From a virus (taxonomy: Duplodnaviria > Heunggongvirae > Uroviricota > Caudoviricetes): a stretch of 64,000 nt of DNA. Positions 44,356-53,634 of this stretch are shown here, in pieces. The notes beneath the pieces were generated by a model. That model was given only the letters and a program-made list of their open reading frames with translations. It did no database searches and was not told where the DNA came from. The stretch lies in IMG/VR virus record IMGVR_UViG_3300028832_000129, positions 11,528 through 75,527 of that record. One strand, given 5' to 3'. The position numbers and the translations under genes are program-made. Position 1 is the first letter of the stretch. Every line of letters begins with the position of its first letter.

Positions 44356-45159
44356 ATGAAAAAAATCAAACTCATTCTCGCCATCGCAATCTTCGCACTC
44401 GCAGGTTGCTCCCAGGTTGACCAGACAGACCGCGCCGTCGTTAAGGTGTGGGGTGAAGTCGACGGGGTCGCCGGTCCCGGCCTGATATGGTACAACCCGA
44501 TTTCGACATCTTTGCACAAGATGCCCATTACCAACCAGCAGGCGAAGGGCCACATGGAGGCAAGCTCGAAGGACATGCAGAAGGTCAATACCGATGTGCT
44601 TGTTAACTTCCATTATGTACCCAATAAGGTGGACAGCATCTACTCAAGGTTTGGTGACGATTTTTGCCACGGCTTCCTTGACGCTCGCATCATCGAGGCA
44701 ATCGGTATCGTGATTTCGCAATACAAGGCCGACACTATTCTCGCAATGCGTGACAGGATGCAGCATGAAATGAAGGCTGCGATAAAGGCTAAGATGGATT
44801 CTGCCAACGTTCCGGCAATTATTGATGGTTTCGTGATTGCAAATATCCGTTTCTCCGACGAATACAGCAGGGCAATCGAAGCCAAGCAGGTGGCTGAACA
44901 GGAAGCCGCGAGGGCCGAAAAGATTTTGGACAAGGTCGATAAGGAAAACCAACAGAAAGTTATCGCTGCAAAGGCTGATTCCTCGGCTAAGGTCATTAAC
45001 GCCATCGCTGACTCTATCGAGACTGCCATCAAGCTCAAGGTGCTCAAGATGTCCAACGTCAAGGAATACATCACCTTGAAGTGGATTGAGAGCTGGGACG
45101 GCAAGCTCCCGAGCGTCATTGGCAACGACAAGATGATGCCCATTGTCGACATCAAGTGA
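44356..45159 (+). CDS. SPFH/band-7 (prohibitin/HflK-like) domain lipoprotein.
   Basis: Signal peptide with LAGCS lipobox. Core VLVNFHYVP...SRFGDD...ARIIEAIGIVISQYKADTILAMRDRMQHEM followed by an Ala/Lys/Glu-rich coiled coil, typical of the SPFH family. Confidence 0.6.
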   Translation: MKKIKLILAIAIFALAGCSQVDQTDRAVVKVWGEVDGVAGPGLIWYNPISTSLHKMPITNQQAKGHMEASSKDMQKVNTDVLVNFHYVPNKVDSIYSRFGDDFCHGFLDARIIEAIGIVISQYKADTILAMRDRMQHEMKAAIKAKMDSANVPAIIDGFVIANIRFSDEYSRAIEAKQVAEQEAARAEKILDKVDKENQQKVIAAKADSSAKVINAIADSIETAIKLKVLKMSNVKEYITLKWIESWDGKLPSVIGNDKMMPIVDIK

Positions 45160-45580
45160 AGGGACCGGGGAACCTATGGAACACGACAAACGGTACAAAG
45201 TTACCAGGAGAATCCTGGACGAAATCATCAAGGCATCGGACTCCCGGATAGTGGATACGATGGACTACAAGCTGGCCAAGGCTATCGAGAAGGCCAAGGC
45301 ACAGCTGGAAGTATTGGACGAACTGGCGGACGACAGTCTGACTATGGACCTTACCGCGCCGGGACCGAAGACTATACCGACGCCGCATCAGGGACCCAAT
45401 ACGATTACAGTCCCTATACCGGGTCAACCCCAGCCTATCCCCTGTGAGCCGTATATCGGCTCCTCGTCTCCGTGGATTAAGCCGACCATCTGCGAGTTTA
45501 CTGAAGCGAAGGACCAGAACGTATGGCCTCCCAGGCAAGAGATTGCACCACACCTAGAACCATTGCAGACAGGAAGGTAG
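45143..45580 (+). CDS. Hypothetical protein, 145 aa.
   Basis: Intact ORF. Pro-rich C-terminus. Confidence 0.45.
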   Translation: MSTSSEGTGEPMEHDKRYKVTRRILDEIIKASDSRIVDTMDYKLAKAIEKAKAQLEVLDELADDSLTMDLTAPGPKTIPTPHQGPNTITVPIPGQPQPIPCEPYIGSSSPWIKPTICEFTEAKDQNVWPPRQEIAPHLEPLQTGR

Positions 45581-45583
45581 GAC

Positions 45584-45868
45584 ATGATATCAGTACAGGA
45601 AGTAGCCGACTCGTTTGCCGGGCATCACGGAAGCGTTGGTGACGCGAACACCCTACGCGATTGCATTATCGAGTCCCTGGTGTCGCTCGGGGCATCCCCG
45701 AACGCCGGGTGGGATTTCGACGGCCCCCGCCGCAAGACGGTGTATACGCTTGACGATGCCGCCGAACAGCTCGTAGAGCGTTACCTCGGGGGAATACCCC
45801 ACGTTGGCGAGGTGGACGTCATCAAGGAAGGAATCGTACGCGGGTTGAAGAAAATAGGCCGTCTGTAA
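45584..45868 (+). CDS. Hypothetical protein, 94 aa.
   Basis: GGAAGGTAGGACATG RBS. Intact ORF. Confidence 0.45.
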   Translation: MISVQEVADSFAGHHGSVGDANTLRDCIIESLVSLGASPNAGWDFDGPRRKTVYTLDDAAEQLVERYLGGIPHVGEVDVIKEGIVRGLKKIGRL

Positions 45869-45893
45869 GGCGCCGGTAAGCAACGCCTAAGCG

Positions 45894-45913
45894 AAAAATA
45901 TACTATATTTGGG
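45894..45913 (+). promoter_or_regulatory. Promoter motif variant AAAAATATACTATATTTGGG.
   Basis: ACTATATTTGG core. A second degenerate copy TTTGCTTTTATATGG lies at 45936-45950, just before the ATG at 45961. Confidence 0.4.
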
Positions 45914-45960
45914 ATGTGCACCATGCGCACACCCCTTTGCTTTTATATGGAATTTACGAC

Positions 45961-46281
45961 ATGATTAAGGAAAAGATTTACAGGCTGATGTTCCATAACT
46001 TTATCAGTAACCGAATCCGCCAGATTGCGTGCGGGTGGCGCCGAGAGCTCCGCCACGGCGTGTCCATCTGGTACAAGCCGGTGAAGCACTATCCGGGCTA
46101 CGGGGACTACGACTACGAGCCGATGTTCGAGCGCGCCGTGCGCACCGTCAGGCAGAACCGGAAGAAGTTCCCGGGAAAGCGCGTGGCCGTCGAGGTCGAG
46201 GTGTTCTACTCGGGCGGACGCCCGGGCATCGGTACCAGGCTGGTACAGTACAGAATCAAGCCGTACAGGAAAGTGTTCTAG
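45961..46281 (+). CDS. Hypothetical protein, ~106 aa.
   Basis: ATG at 45961 (MIKEKIYRL). The track's GTG at 45916 overlaps the promoter motif. Confidence 0.4.
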   Translation: MIKEKIYRLMFHNFISNRIRQIACGWRRELRHGVSIWYKPVKHYPGYGDYDYEPMFERAVRTVRQNRKKFPGKRVAVEVEVFYSGGRPGIGTRLVQYRIKPYRKVF

Positions 46282-46331
46282 TGGACTACCGCAAGGAACA
46301 GCTGGCAGGACAGGCCCTCAGGAAGGCCGTC

Positions 46332-48119
46332 ATGATGATGCAGAAGACCGCCCCCGGTCTCCTGCCCGTCTACATGGGTATCACCGGGATTCCCACGGAC
46401 AACCCGAACGTGGCCGTGCGTGTCGGGGTCAACGGCGGCACCCCGGTCATGGAATACAACGTGGACTTCGTCGCCGCCCTGGAGCCGTCGCTTCTCGGGG
46501 CGATAGTCTACATGGAGTGCGAGCGCATAGCCCTGCACCACTGCGACAGGCGCAAGCAGGAGCCGCTCGACATGCTGAAGCTGGCGAGCGACGTGGTCGT
46601 CGCCGAATACGCCAGGAAGCTCGTGGACACTTCCGTGGGCAAGAACCTGGAGATTGTCAACAGGCTGTTCCCCAGCTACTGGAACTACTGGCCGGTGCTG
46701 CAGAAGCACGGGTTCAACCCGGAGACCGACCTCACCCTCGAGAAGCTCTTCAAGATATTCAAGGAAGAGTACGCCACGATGAAGCCCGAGGAGGAAGAGG
46801 AGGACGGGGAACAGGAGAAGGGGCAGTCCGACGGCAAGTCCAAGGACGAGCACGAGACACAGTCGAAGGGCACCAAGGACGACGCCAGGCAGCGGGAAGA
46901 TAGCAAGGAAGGCAGCAAGAACGGCAGCGAGAATGCCGAAACTTCCGGTTCCCCCGGTGAATCCGGCGAGCAGGGCGACGGCAAGGAAGACGGCAGTTCC
47001 GGCGAGGACGGCAAGGACAAGGGAGAGGAAGATTCCGGCGAGGACGGCGACGGCGGCGAGGGAGAATCCGGTGAGGGCGAAAGCGAATCCGGAGAGAATT
47101 CGGACAAGGATTCCTCCGGGGAACCCGGCGACGGGGAGAGCGACGGGCAGGACGGAAGCCAGGACGGCACCCCCGAAGAAAGCGACGACGACCCGGGAAC
47201 TCCCGGGAAAGGCGGAGGCGACGGCTCGAGCGGCGAAGGTGCCGACGGCGGTTCCGAACCGGGAAACGACCCGGGCGACGGGGCCGACGGCGACGGGGAA
47301 GGAAATGACGGCGACGGCAACTGCGAGGACGGCTCCGAGGGTGATTCCGGGAGCCCGTCCGAAGACATAGACGGCGGTTCCGGGCAGGGCGAACAGAAGA
47401 AGGACGATTTCGACAGCATGTCAAGGTACTTCTCCCTGACGAACGCCGGAAGCGACCTTTCCCGATGGGGGCAGGACGACGTGGCGAGGGACGCTGTCAC
47501 CGCCACGGTCAATGACGCACTGGACAAGGGTATGTTCGACAGGGTGCGCGGGCAGCTGCCGGTAATGCTCAGGAACGCCAACCGGGTGAAGGTCGACAAG
47601 GAGGCCATGTTCAGGAAGTTCATGACCAGCCTGCAAGACGACGAGCGTGAGGAGACCTGGAGCAGGCGCAACAGGAAGTTCATCCACTACGGAATGATTG
47701 CCCCGGGCCACGTATACAGGGAGACCCAGAGGATACTGTTCTGCGTCGACGTGTCCGGCTCGATGTACCAGGGGGACTCCATAGTCAACTGCCTTACAGT
47801 CATGGAGAACGTCGTGAACGGGCTGTCCATCGACCTCGTCTACTGGGACGCGGTGTGCAGCCCGGTGTTCACCGCGCCGAAGAGCATAAGGGACATGGCG
47901 ATATACGGCGGGGGCCGCACCGACCCGGAATGCGTCCTGCGGAAGCTGGGGCCCGACAGGTACAAGTACGACGGGCTGATATTCCTCACGGACTGCATAT
48001 TCACCTGGAGGCGTCCGCCGAGACACAAGCAGATTATGATTCTGCGCACTCACGGGGAGCAGGAGTTCCCGGAATGGTGCGTATACAAGGACGACCTGGA
48101 GAAGTTCATTGGACATTAG
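46332..48119 (+). CDS. VWA-domain protein with a ~200-aa acidic D/E/G/S-rich low-complexity spacer.
   Basis: ATGATGATG at 46332 preceded by AGGAAGG. The track's 46029 start overlaps the previous gene. C-terminal ILFCVDVSGSM is a MIDAS DxSxS motif of von Willebrand A domains. The central region encoded at about nt 46800-47400 is almost pure E/D/G/S. Confidence 0.6.
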   Translation: MMMQKTAPGLLPVYMGITGIPTDNPNVAVRVGVNGGTPVMEYNVDFVAALEPSLLGAIVYMECERIALHHCDRRKQEPLDMLKLASDVVVAEYARKLVDTSVGKNLEIVNRLFPSYWNYWPVLQKHGFNPETDLTLEKLFKIFKEEYATMKPEEEEEDGEQEKGQSDGKSKDEHETQSKGTKDDARQREDSKEGSKNGSENAETSGSPGESGEQGDGKEDGSSGEDGKDKGEEDSGEDGDGGEGESGEGESESGENSDKDSSGEPGDGESDGQDGSQDGTPEESDDDPGTPGKGGGDGSSGEGADGGSEPGNDPGDGADGDGEGNDGDGNCEDGSEGDSGSPSEDIDGGSGQGEQKKDDFDSMSRYFSLTNAGSDLSRWGQDDVARDAVTATVNDALDKGMFDRVRGQLPVMLRNANRVKVDKEAMFRKFMTSLQDDEREETWSRRNRKFIHYGMIAPGHVYRETQRILFCVDVSGSMYQGDSIVNCLTVMENVVNGLSIDLVYWDAVCSPVFTAPKSIRDMAIYGGGRTDPECVLRKLGPDRYKYDGLIFLTDCIFTWRRPPRHKQIMILRTHGEQEFPEWCVYKDDLEKFIGH

Positions 48120-48171
48120 CGGTTGGATGGACTAAACTGAACCATACCGCAGAAAAGAAACGGTGTAGCTG

Positions 48172-49428
48172 ATGGAAGAAATGGTTATCAAGGAAGCGGC
48201 CGAGCTGCCGCAGGTTGCAGAAGGATTGAAGCTCGCCAGGGCCATTAACGACCTTGGTTACGAGGCATACCTTGTTGGCGGTTGCGTAAGGGACCTTGCC
48301 CGCTGGAAGCTCGGGCTGGACTCCGAGCCGGGAATCCACGACGTTGACCTGGCAACGAACATGCCGGCGGACGAGATGGCGAAACACTTCAGGACGGCCA
48401 GCAACAACGGCGAGAAGCACGGTACGATACTGGTGTTCATGGACGGCGAGCCTTTCGAGGTGACGAGGTTCCGTGCGGACGGGGACTACAGCGACGGGAG
48501 GCACCCGGACTCGGTGGCGTTCGCCGATACATTCGAGGAGGACACCAGACGGCGCGACTTCACTATGAACGCCATGGGCATGGACGCCGACTGCAGGATA
48601 GTCGACTATCACGGCGGAGTGGAGTCGATACGCTCGGGGGTCCTTTCTACCGTGGGCGACCCGGTGGACCGTTTCAACGAGGACGCGCTGAGGATACTCC
48701 GTGCAGGCAGGTTTTCCTCCAAGTTCGGTATGAAGCCCGACCTGGTGATGAACTCGGCATGCCACGCGCTTGCCACGCGGCTGAAGTTCCTTTCGATGGA
48801 GCGGGTACACGACGAGTTCACCAAGTGTTCCACGGCGAAGGCGTTCGCCGGCATGATGCACTTCCTCGAGGACGGCATAGGCAAGGTGCTATCCGACGCT
48901 ATAGACTGGAAGGCCGCCGCCAGGGCCGTGGACAACTGGGCGGTATACCACCAGAAGCCATGGGACACGGTGACGGGTATGGCGATACTGTTCATGTCGT
49001 GCAGGTCGATGGCCGAGTTCGAGATGCGCAAGTTCAAGTGCACCGTAGAGGAAATAGACGCGTACAAGTACGCCAAGGTCATGACGATGGAATACCAGTC
49101 CGGGAGGATGGACCTTGTCGGGATGGTGGACCTGGTCGAGAACCGCAGGTGGCCGTATTTCGTCGGCGTGGTCAACGCGTATGGCGGGAAGTGTGCAATC
49201 GACTCCGCGCAGGAGGAGAAGCTCCTGTCGATGGGGAGGTCGTACCCTACGCCCAAGGACATATCGTCGGCGATGAAGGATGCCGGTGTCGAACAGGGGC
49301 CGCTGTTCGGCCGGATACTCCGCCGGGTGCGGCTCTGCGTCTACAAGCGGAAGGTGGCTGGACGCGGCGCGGTAGACCGGGAGTATCTCGATAAACTGGT
49401 TGCCGAAGTAATAAAAGAGTGCAGCTAA
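48172..49428 (+). CDS. cca: tRNA nucleotidyltransferase (CCA-adding enzyme).
   Basis: Head-domain motifs LVGGCVRDL and HDVDLAT, plus the class II signature RRDFTMNA. 418 aa. Confidence 0.8.
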   Translation: MEEMVIKEAAELPQVAEGLKLARAINDLGYEAYLVGGCVRDLARWKLGLDSEPGIHDVDLATNMPADEMAKHFRTASNNGEKHGTILVFMDGEPFEVTRFRADGDYSDGRHPDSVAFADTFEEDTRRRDFTMNAMGMDADCRIVDYHGGVESIRSGVLSTVGDPVDRFNEDALRILRAGRFSSKFGMKPDLVMNSACHALATRLKFLSMERVHDEFTKCSTAKAFAGMMHFLEDGIGKVLSDAIDWKAAARAVDNWAVYHQKPWDTVTGMAILFMSCRSMAEFEMRKFKCTVEEIDAYKYAKVMTMEYQSGRMDLVGMVDLVENRRWPYFVGVVNAYGGKCAIDSAQEEKLLSMGRSYPTPKDISSAMKDAGVEQGPLFGRILRRVRLCVYKRKVAGRGAVDREYLDKLVAEVIKECS

Positions 49429-49432
49429 CCGT

Positions 49433-49717
49433 ATGACACCCGTCGGCATCGCCTGTTGGATAATGGGAATCCTTTCCGCAATTTCGTTCGCGTTCAACCT
49501 GTATCCGCAGTACCGTCTCGCGAAGAGGACACACAAGACAGGGCTCGCATACGGCTTCTTCGTACTCGCCTACGTAGGCAACATCGGGGCCGCCATATTC
49601 GTGCTCTACACGAACCTGCAGACCGGGGATTTCCAGTGGCCGCTGTACGGCAACTACGGGGTTGCGACCTACTTCACGACCCGCCTGTTGATAATGAGGA
49701 TAAGGTTCGGGAAATAA
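49433..49717 (+). CDS. Small membrane protein, 94 aa.
   Basis: Three hydrophobic helices (IACWIMGILSAISFAF, FFVLAYVGNIGAAIFVLY, YGVATYFTTRLLIM). Confidence 0.45.
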   Translation: MTPVGIACWIMGILSAISFAFNLYPQYRLAKRTHKTGLAYGFFVLAYVGNIGAAIFVLYTNLQTGDFQWPLYGNYGVATYFTTRLLIMRIRFGK

Positions 49718-49767
49718 TCCACGAAAGATGCAATTTTCTTACACGGAGGCCGTCACGGTAGCCGCGT

Positions 49768-49785
49768 CTTTTACTATATTTGCTG
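49768..49785 (+). promoter_or_regulatory. Phage promoter motif variant CTTTTACTATATTTGCTG, placed to drive the IscB leader RNA.
   Basis: ACTATATTTG core ~300 nt upstream of the iscB ATG with no ORF in between. Confidence 0.5.
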
Positions 49786-50088
49786 TAGGACCCATGGAGT
49801 AATCAACTACTCACCGGCTAAAGACTGGTGGGTTTGAGGAAACCCCTCGAACCCATAGTTGATTAGGCTAAGTGATAGGAGGCAACTCCTTGAACTACGT
49901 TGATAGAATCATGGCACCCCGGAATGTTTGTCCAAGTTCCCCGCTCTGCCGTATGTCATTAAAAGTCCTGATGGGTAGGGACGGTGTGGCATACCTAGTA
50001 AGTTCTTCCAACATTGCCGATGGACACCCACAGGGAGAAATCCCTGCATTACCTATTAAGTTAGGTTAAGACAAAAAGGAAACGATAG
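49786..50088 (+). ncRNA. Putative omega-RNA (OMEGA guide RNA) scaffold upstream of iscB.
   Basis: ~300-nt ORF-free, promoter-preceded leader with multiple stable stem-loops (e.g. AATCAACTA...TAGTTGATT; GGGTTTGAGGAAACCCC) immediately 5' of and abutting iscB. This is the canonical position of IscB omega-RNAs. Confidence 0.5.
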
Positions 50089-51357
50089 ATGGTATATGTT
50101 TTGAGCATTGATGGCAAACCGCTGATGCCAACCGAACGGTTTGGCAGGGTTCGCCGTCTGTTGAAAGCACGTAAGGCCTTTATCGTAAACTACCACCCGT
50201 TCACAATCAAGCTAACCTACAAGTGTCCCGACCGGACACAGGAGGTATCACTGGGTGTAGATGCAGGCAGCAAGCACGTAGGCCTGTCTGCTACCACAAA
50301 GAAGAAAGTATTGTTCGAGGCTCAACTGGAATTACGGAATGACATCGTAAAGAAGCTGGCTACCAGACGCGAGTTCCGTAGGACTAGACGCTACCGGAAA
50401 ACTAGATATCGTAAAGATAGATTTCTTAACCGTACCAAGAAGGAAGGATGGCTCGCTCCATCTGTTAAGCACAAGGTATGGGCACACCTATGGAACATCG
50501 TTAGAATCAAACGAATACTGCCTATAAGCAAGATAACCATAGAGGTGGCACAGTTCGATACCCAGTTGCTCAAGGCTCAAGAACTAGGCTTGCCGGTACC
50601 CCAAGGCACGGACTACCAGAGAGGCGAACAGCTTGGATTCTGGAATGTAAGGGAGTACGTGCTGTTCCGTGATGACCACAAATGCCAATGCTGCAAGGGA
50701 AAGTCGGGAGATTCCGTTCTCAACGTGCATCATATAGAGTCTCGGAAGACCGGAGGGAATGCGCCCAACAACCTTGTGACTCTTTGTGAGACTTGCCACA
50801 AGAAATATCATAAGGGTGAAATCAGGCTCCCTGCATCTATCAGGCGTGGTGCAAGTTATAAGGATGCTGCATTTATGGGCATTATCCGAAAGGAAGTATA
50901 CCGAATGTCTCGGATAGTGAACAATACGCTTACATGTCCTGTAGACATTACCTATGGCTACATCACCAAGAATACCAGAATCCGGTGTGGATTGCCTAAA
51001 GAACATACTATTGATGCTAGATGCATCAGCGGAAATCCGATGGCTAAAAGCAATGGAACAACTTATATAATTAAGCCTTTGAGACACAATAACCGACAGC
51101 TACACAAGGCATCTATCTTATCTGGAGGCATACGTAAGAACAACCAGGCTCCTAAAGAAGTGTTCGGTTTCCGCATTATGGATACCGTACTATACAATGG
51201 ACAGGTATGCTATGTCAATGGCCGTAGGGCGTCCGGCTATTTCTCCCTGGTAGATATCTACGGGAAAGTTTTAACCAACTCTGTCAGTTACAGGAAACTG
51301 GCCAGAATCAACCACAATAACTACATCATAGGAGGCGCAATTCCTCTCACCCACTAA
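50089..51357 (+). CDS. iscB: IscB, RNA-guided RuvC/HNH nuclease (OMEGA system; IS200/IS605-type Cas9 ancestor).
   Basis: N-terminal PLMP domain MVYVLSIDGKPLMPTERFGRVRRLLKARKAFIV. RuvC-I LGVDAGSKHVGLS. Arg-rich bridge RREFRRTRRYRKTRYRKDR. RuvC-II ITIEVAQFD. HNH CQCCKG...VHHIESRKTGGNAPNNLVTLCETCHKKYH. RuvC-III HTIDARCISGN. 422 aa. Confidence 0.85.
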   Translation: MVYVLSIDGKPLMPTERFGRVRRLLKARKAFIVNYHPFTIKLTYKCPDRTQEVSLGVDAGSKHVGLSATTKKKVLFEAQLELRNDIVKKLATRREFRRTRRYRKTRYRKDRFLNRTKKEGWLAPSVKHKVWAHLWNIVRIKRILPISKITIEVAQFDTQLLKAQELGLPVPQGTDYQRGEQLGFWNVREYVLFRDDHKCQCCKGKSGDSVLNVHHIESRKTGGNAPNNLVTLCETCHKKYHKGEIRLPASIRRGASYKDAAFMGIIRKEVYRMSRIVNNTLTCPVDITYGYITKNTRIRCGLPKEHTIDARCISGNPMAKSNGTTYIIKPLRHNNRQLHKASILSGGIRKNNQAPKEVFGFRIMDTVLYNGQVCYVNGRRASGYFSLVDIYGKVLTNSVSYRKLARINHNNYIIGGAIPLTH

Positions 51358-51363
51358 AGATGG

Positions 51364-52650
51364 GTGAGTTTCCTTGCGTATTTTATTATGATTACTGACA
51401 AGACAGGCATAAGCTTTGCCCAGTTCTTTGACTTGATGGTATGCTGCGGCCCTGATTCGGCCGTATTGCTGGAAGGTGACACCGGTATAGGCAAGACGAC
51501 CATTTCCAGGTACTTCGCAGAGAAGATTGTGAAGCTTCCTTTCTGCGTGATACAGGTTTCCGAGAACACCGACATGACCGACGTGTTCGGGCTACCAGAC
51601 TTCGCCAACGGCCGCACCGTATACAAGCCGCCCTCATGGTATCTCGGGCCCGACACCAAGTGCGTGCTGCTCCTTGACGAGGTCAACCGTAACAAGACGG
51701 TCATGAAGGGCCTGATGCGTCTCGCCACCGACCACAGGATTGGCGACCTTACGTTACCTGACGGCAGCTACGTCCTTGGTGCAATCAACCCGGAATACGG
51801 CTCGCTCTACCAGGTCGTCGAGATGGACCCGGCACACAGGGCCCGTTTCCAGGTTGCACAGCTGAACCCGACCATGCCCGAATGGGTGAAGTTCGCCCGA
51901 GAGGAAGGGCTGCCGAACGTGGTAATCGAGTACGTCCAATCGCACGAACTCGACCTGGACACCTTCAAGAACCAGGAGAACGTGAACCAGGCCGAGGGAC
52001 AGTTCTACCACCACGTGCTGCCGTGCCGCCGCCAGTGGCACCAGTTCGCCAAGCAGGTCGTACGCGGCGAGAACTTCAAGGGCACCGGCATATCCCGCTT
52101 CGACCCGAAGCACTTCGACGACGCCGAGAACTTCATGTACGCGATGGCTGCAGGCCGTCTCGGCACCGGTGTAGCCGAGCGTTTCACCAAGTTCTACTAC
52201 AATTTCAAGTTCAGGAACGACGACTGCTGGATTACGGCTGAGCAGCTCCTTTTCGGAACGGACAAGGACTGGGCACCCGGCGGGAAGATGGTCAAGGAGC
52301 TCAAGCGGATGGCGGACAAGGATATCCCGGGGCTCACCAGTCTCGGCGAGGAGCTGCTCGACCTGACCGCACGCAACGAGGACAAGATGTGGAACGACTT
52401 CCACAGCGGTCCCAGCTCCACCGCGAAGGCATACGGGACCAACATATTCAAGTTCATGTACACCTGCCCGCACGAAGTCGTGTGCAGCCTGTACTATTCT
52501 AAGATTGCCCCGGCGAACCAGGAGGCCAAGCGCAGGAAGGCGCTGGCCAAGCAGGGAGTCGGCAAGGACGACGGGCCGAAGTGGGAGAACCTGATGTGTC
52601 TCGGGTTCCCCAAGCTGGCCGAGCTACTCAAGGACATAGTCAACCCGTAA
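51364..52650 (+). CDS. AAA+ ATPase, MoxR/AAA_5-like.
   Basis: Walker A GDTGIGKTT and Walker B VLLLDEVNRN. GTG start at 51364 (alternative ATG at 51388). 428 aa. Confidence 0.65.
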   Translation: MSFLAYFIMITDKTGISFAQFFDLMVCCGPDSAVLLEGDTGIGKTTISRYFAEKIVKLPFCVIQVSENTDMTDVFGLPDFANGRTVYKPPSWYLGPDTKCVLLLDEVNRNKTVMKGLMRLATDHRIGDLTLPDGSYVLGAINPEYGSLYQVVEMDPAHRARFQVAQLNPTMPEWVKFAREEGLPNVVIEYVQSHELDLDTFKNQENVNQAEGQFYHHVLPCRRQWHQFAKQVVRGENFKGTGISRFDPKHFDDAENFMYAMAAGRLGTGVAERFTKFYYNFKFRNDDCWITAEQLLFGTDKDWAPGGKMVKELKRMADKDIPGLTSLGEELLDLTARNEDKMWNDFHSGPSSTAKAYGTNIFKFMYTCPHEVVCSLYYSKIAPANQEAKRRKALAKQGVGKDDGPKWENLMCLGFPKLAELLKDIVNP

Positions 52651-52664
52651 CGAAGGAGAAAACG

Positions 52665-53096
52665 ATGCAGCAGGATGGACAGGCGGAAAACGCCAAGCCT
52701 ACCAGGGAAGAGATAATGGCCGACAGGGAGGCCATCAGGGCGAAGTACAGCAAGCCCGTTGCCGAAAGGTACGACGAGGCGTGCGACCGCGACGAGGACT
52801 ACGGCGCGAACATAGTAATGTTCGACGAAATGGAGGCCGCCATGGTCGGCACCACGGTCAACGCGGCCGGCGTAGTGGTGCCGGTGTACGAGCGCGAGCT
52901 GTGCATCAAGGCGCTCGCCAAGAAGTACATGGCGAGCGGCGACTACAAGGACGATGACGAGGCATACACCGCGGCTACCGAGTGGTTCGAGTTCAACACG
53001 GAGCGCACCCTTCCCTACCTGAAGGAACAGGCCCCGGTCATAATCGACGGGTTCTTGAGGGACGCCGGACTGTGGGAGGGCTTCCTCGATGAATAG
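52665..53096 (+). CDS. Hypothetical protein, 144 aa.
   Basis: GAAGGAGAAAACGATG RBS. Intact ORF. Confidence 0.45.
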   Translation: MQQDGQAENAKPTREEIMADREAIRAKYSKPVAERYDEACDRDEDYGANIVMFDEMEAAMVGTTVNAAGVVVPVYERELCIKALAKKYMASGDYKDDDEAYTAATEWFEFNTERTLPYLKEQAPVIIDGFLRDAGLWEGFLDE

Positions 53097-53634
53097 CACT
53101 ACGGTTTCGACCAAAGACGTTCTCCTGATGGCGTCGCGCCTCGGGTTCAAGCACGGGAAGAACGACAAGGGAATCCCGGCGTTGACCTATTCCTCCGCCA
53201 ACGGGTTCGTCATGGAGTTCCTGGTGCCGTGGCTCAAGGATGACGGTACCTACCTGTATGACCAGGTGTGCACCCAACTCAACGCGATGAAGACGTCGGC
53301 CAGGATGGACGAGGAAGTGTACGACTTCCTGCGGAACAAGGACAACCAGGAGAAGATTAACAGGGCGTGCCTCGACTTCGGCATGGTGTACGACAACAAC
53401 GACCACATGTTCTACTACGTGAAGGGCGGGAAGGCGCTGTTCGGCGTGGACCACGACTACATCGCGAGCCTGATATGCACCGGGAAGGCGAGCATCGACC
53501 ACCTGGACGACATGCTGGCCACTTTCCTCGACACGTCGGAGTTCGAACACGAACAGAGCGCCAAGGCGTCTGGAAAACAGCTTCTGGAAAAGGGAAAGAA
53601 GGGGAAGAAAGGTGGAAGAAAGAAAGCGGGCTAG
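53089..53634 (+). CDS. Hypothetical protein, 181 aa.
   Basis: Overlapping-start operon arrangement. Lys-rich C-terminus. Confidence 0.45.
   Translation: MNSTTVSTKDVLLMASRLGFKHGKNDKGIPALTYSSANGFVMEFLVPWLKDDGTYLYDQVCTQLNAMKTSARMDEEVYDFLRNKDNQEKINRACLDFGMVYDNNDHMFYYVKGGKALFGVDHDYIASLICTGKASIDHLDDMLATFLDTSEFEHEQSAKASGKQLLEKGKKGKKGGRKKAG

Noticed and set aside
46029-46331. Track start (46029) of the VWA protein ORF
   Set aside because: That start would overlap the whole upstream gene 45961..46281 in another frame and gives an Arg/Pro-rich nonsense N-terminus. The ATGATGATG at 46332, with an AGGAAGG RBS-like sequence, is the credible start.
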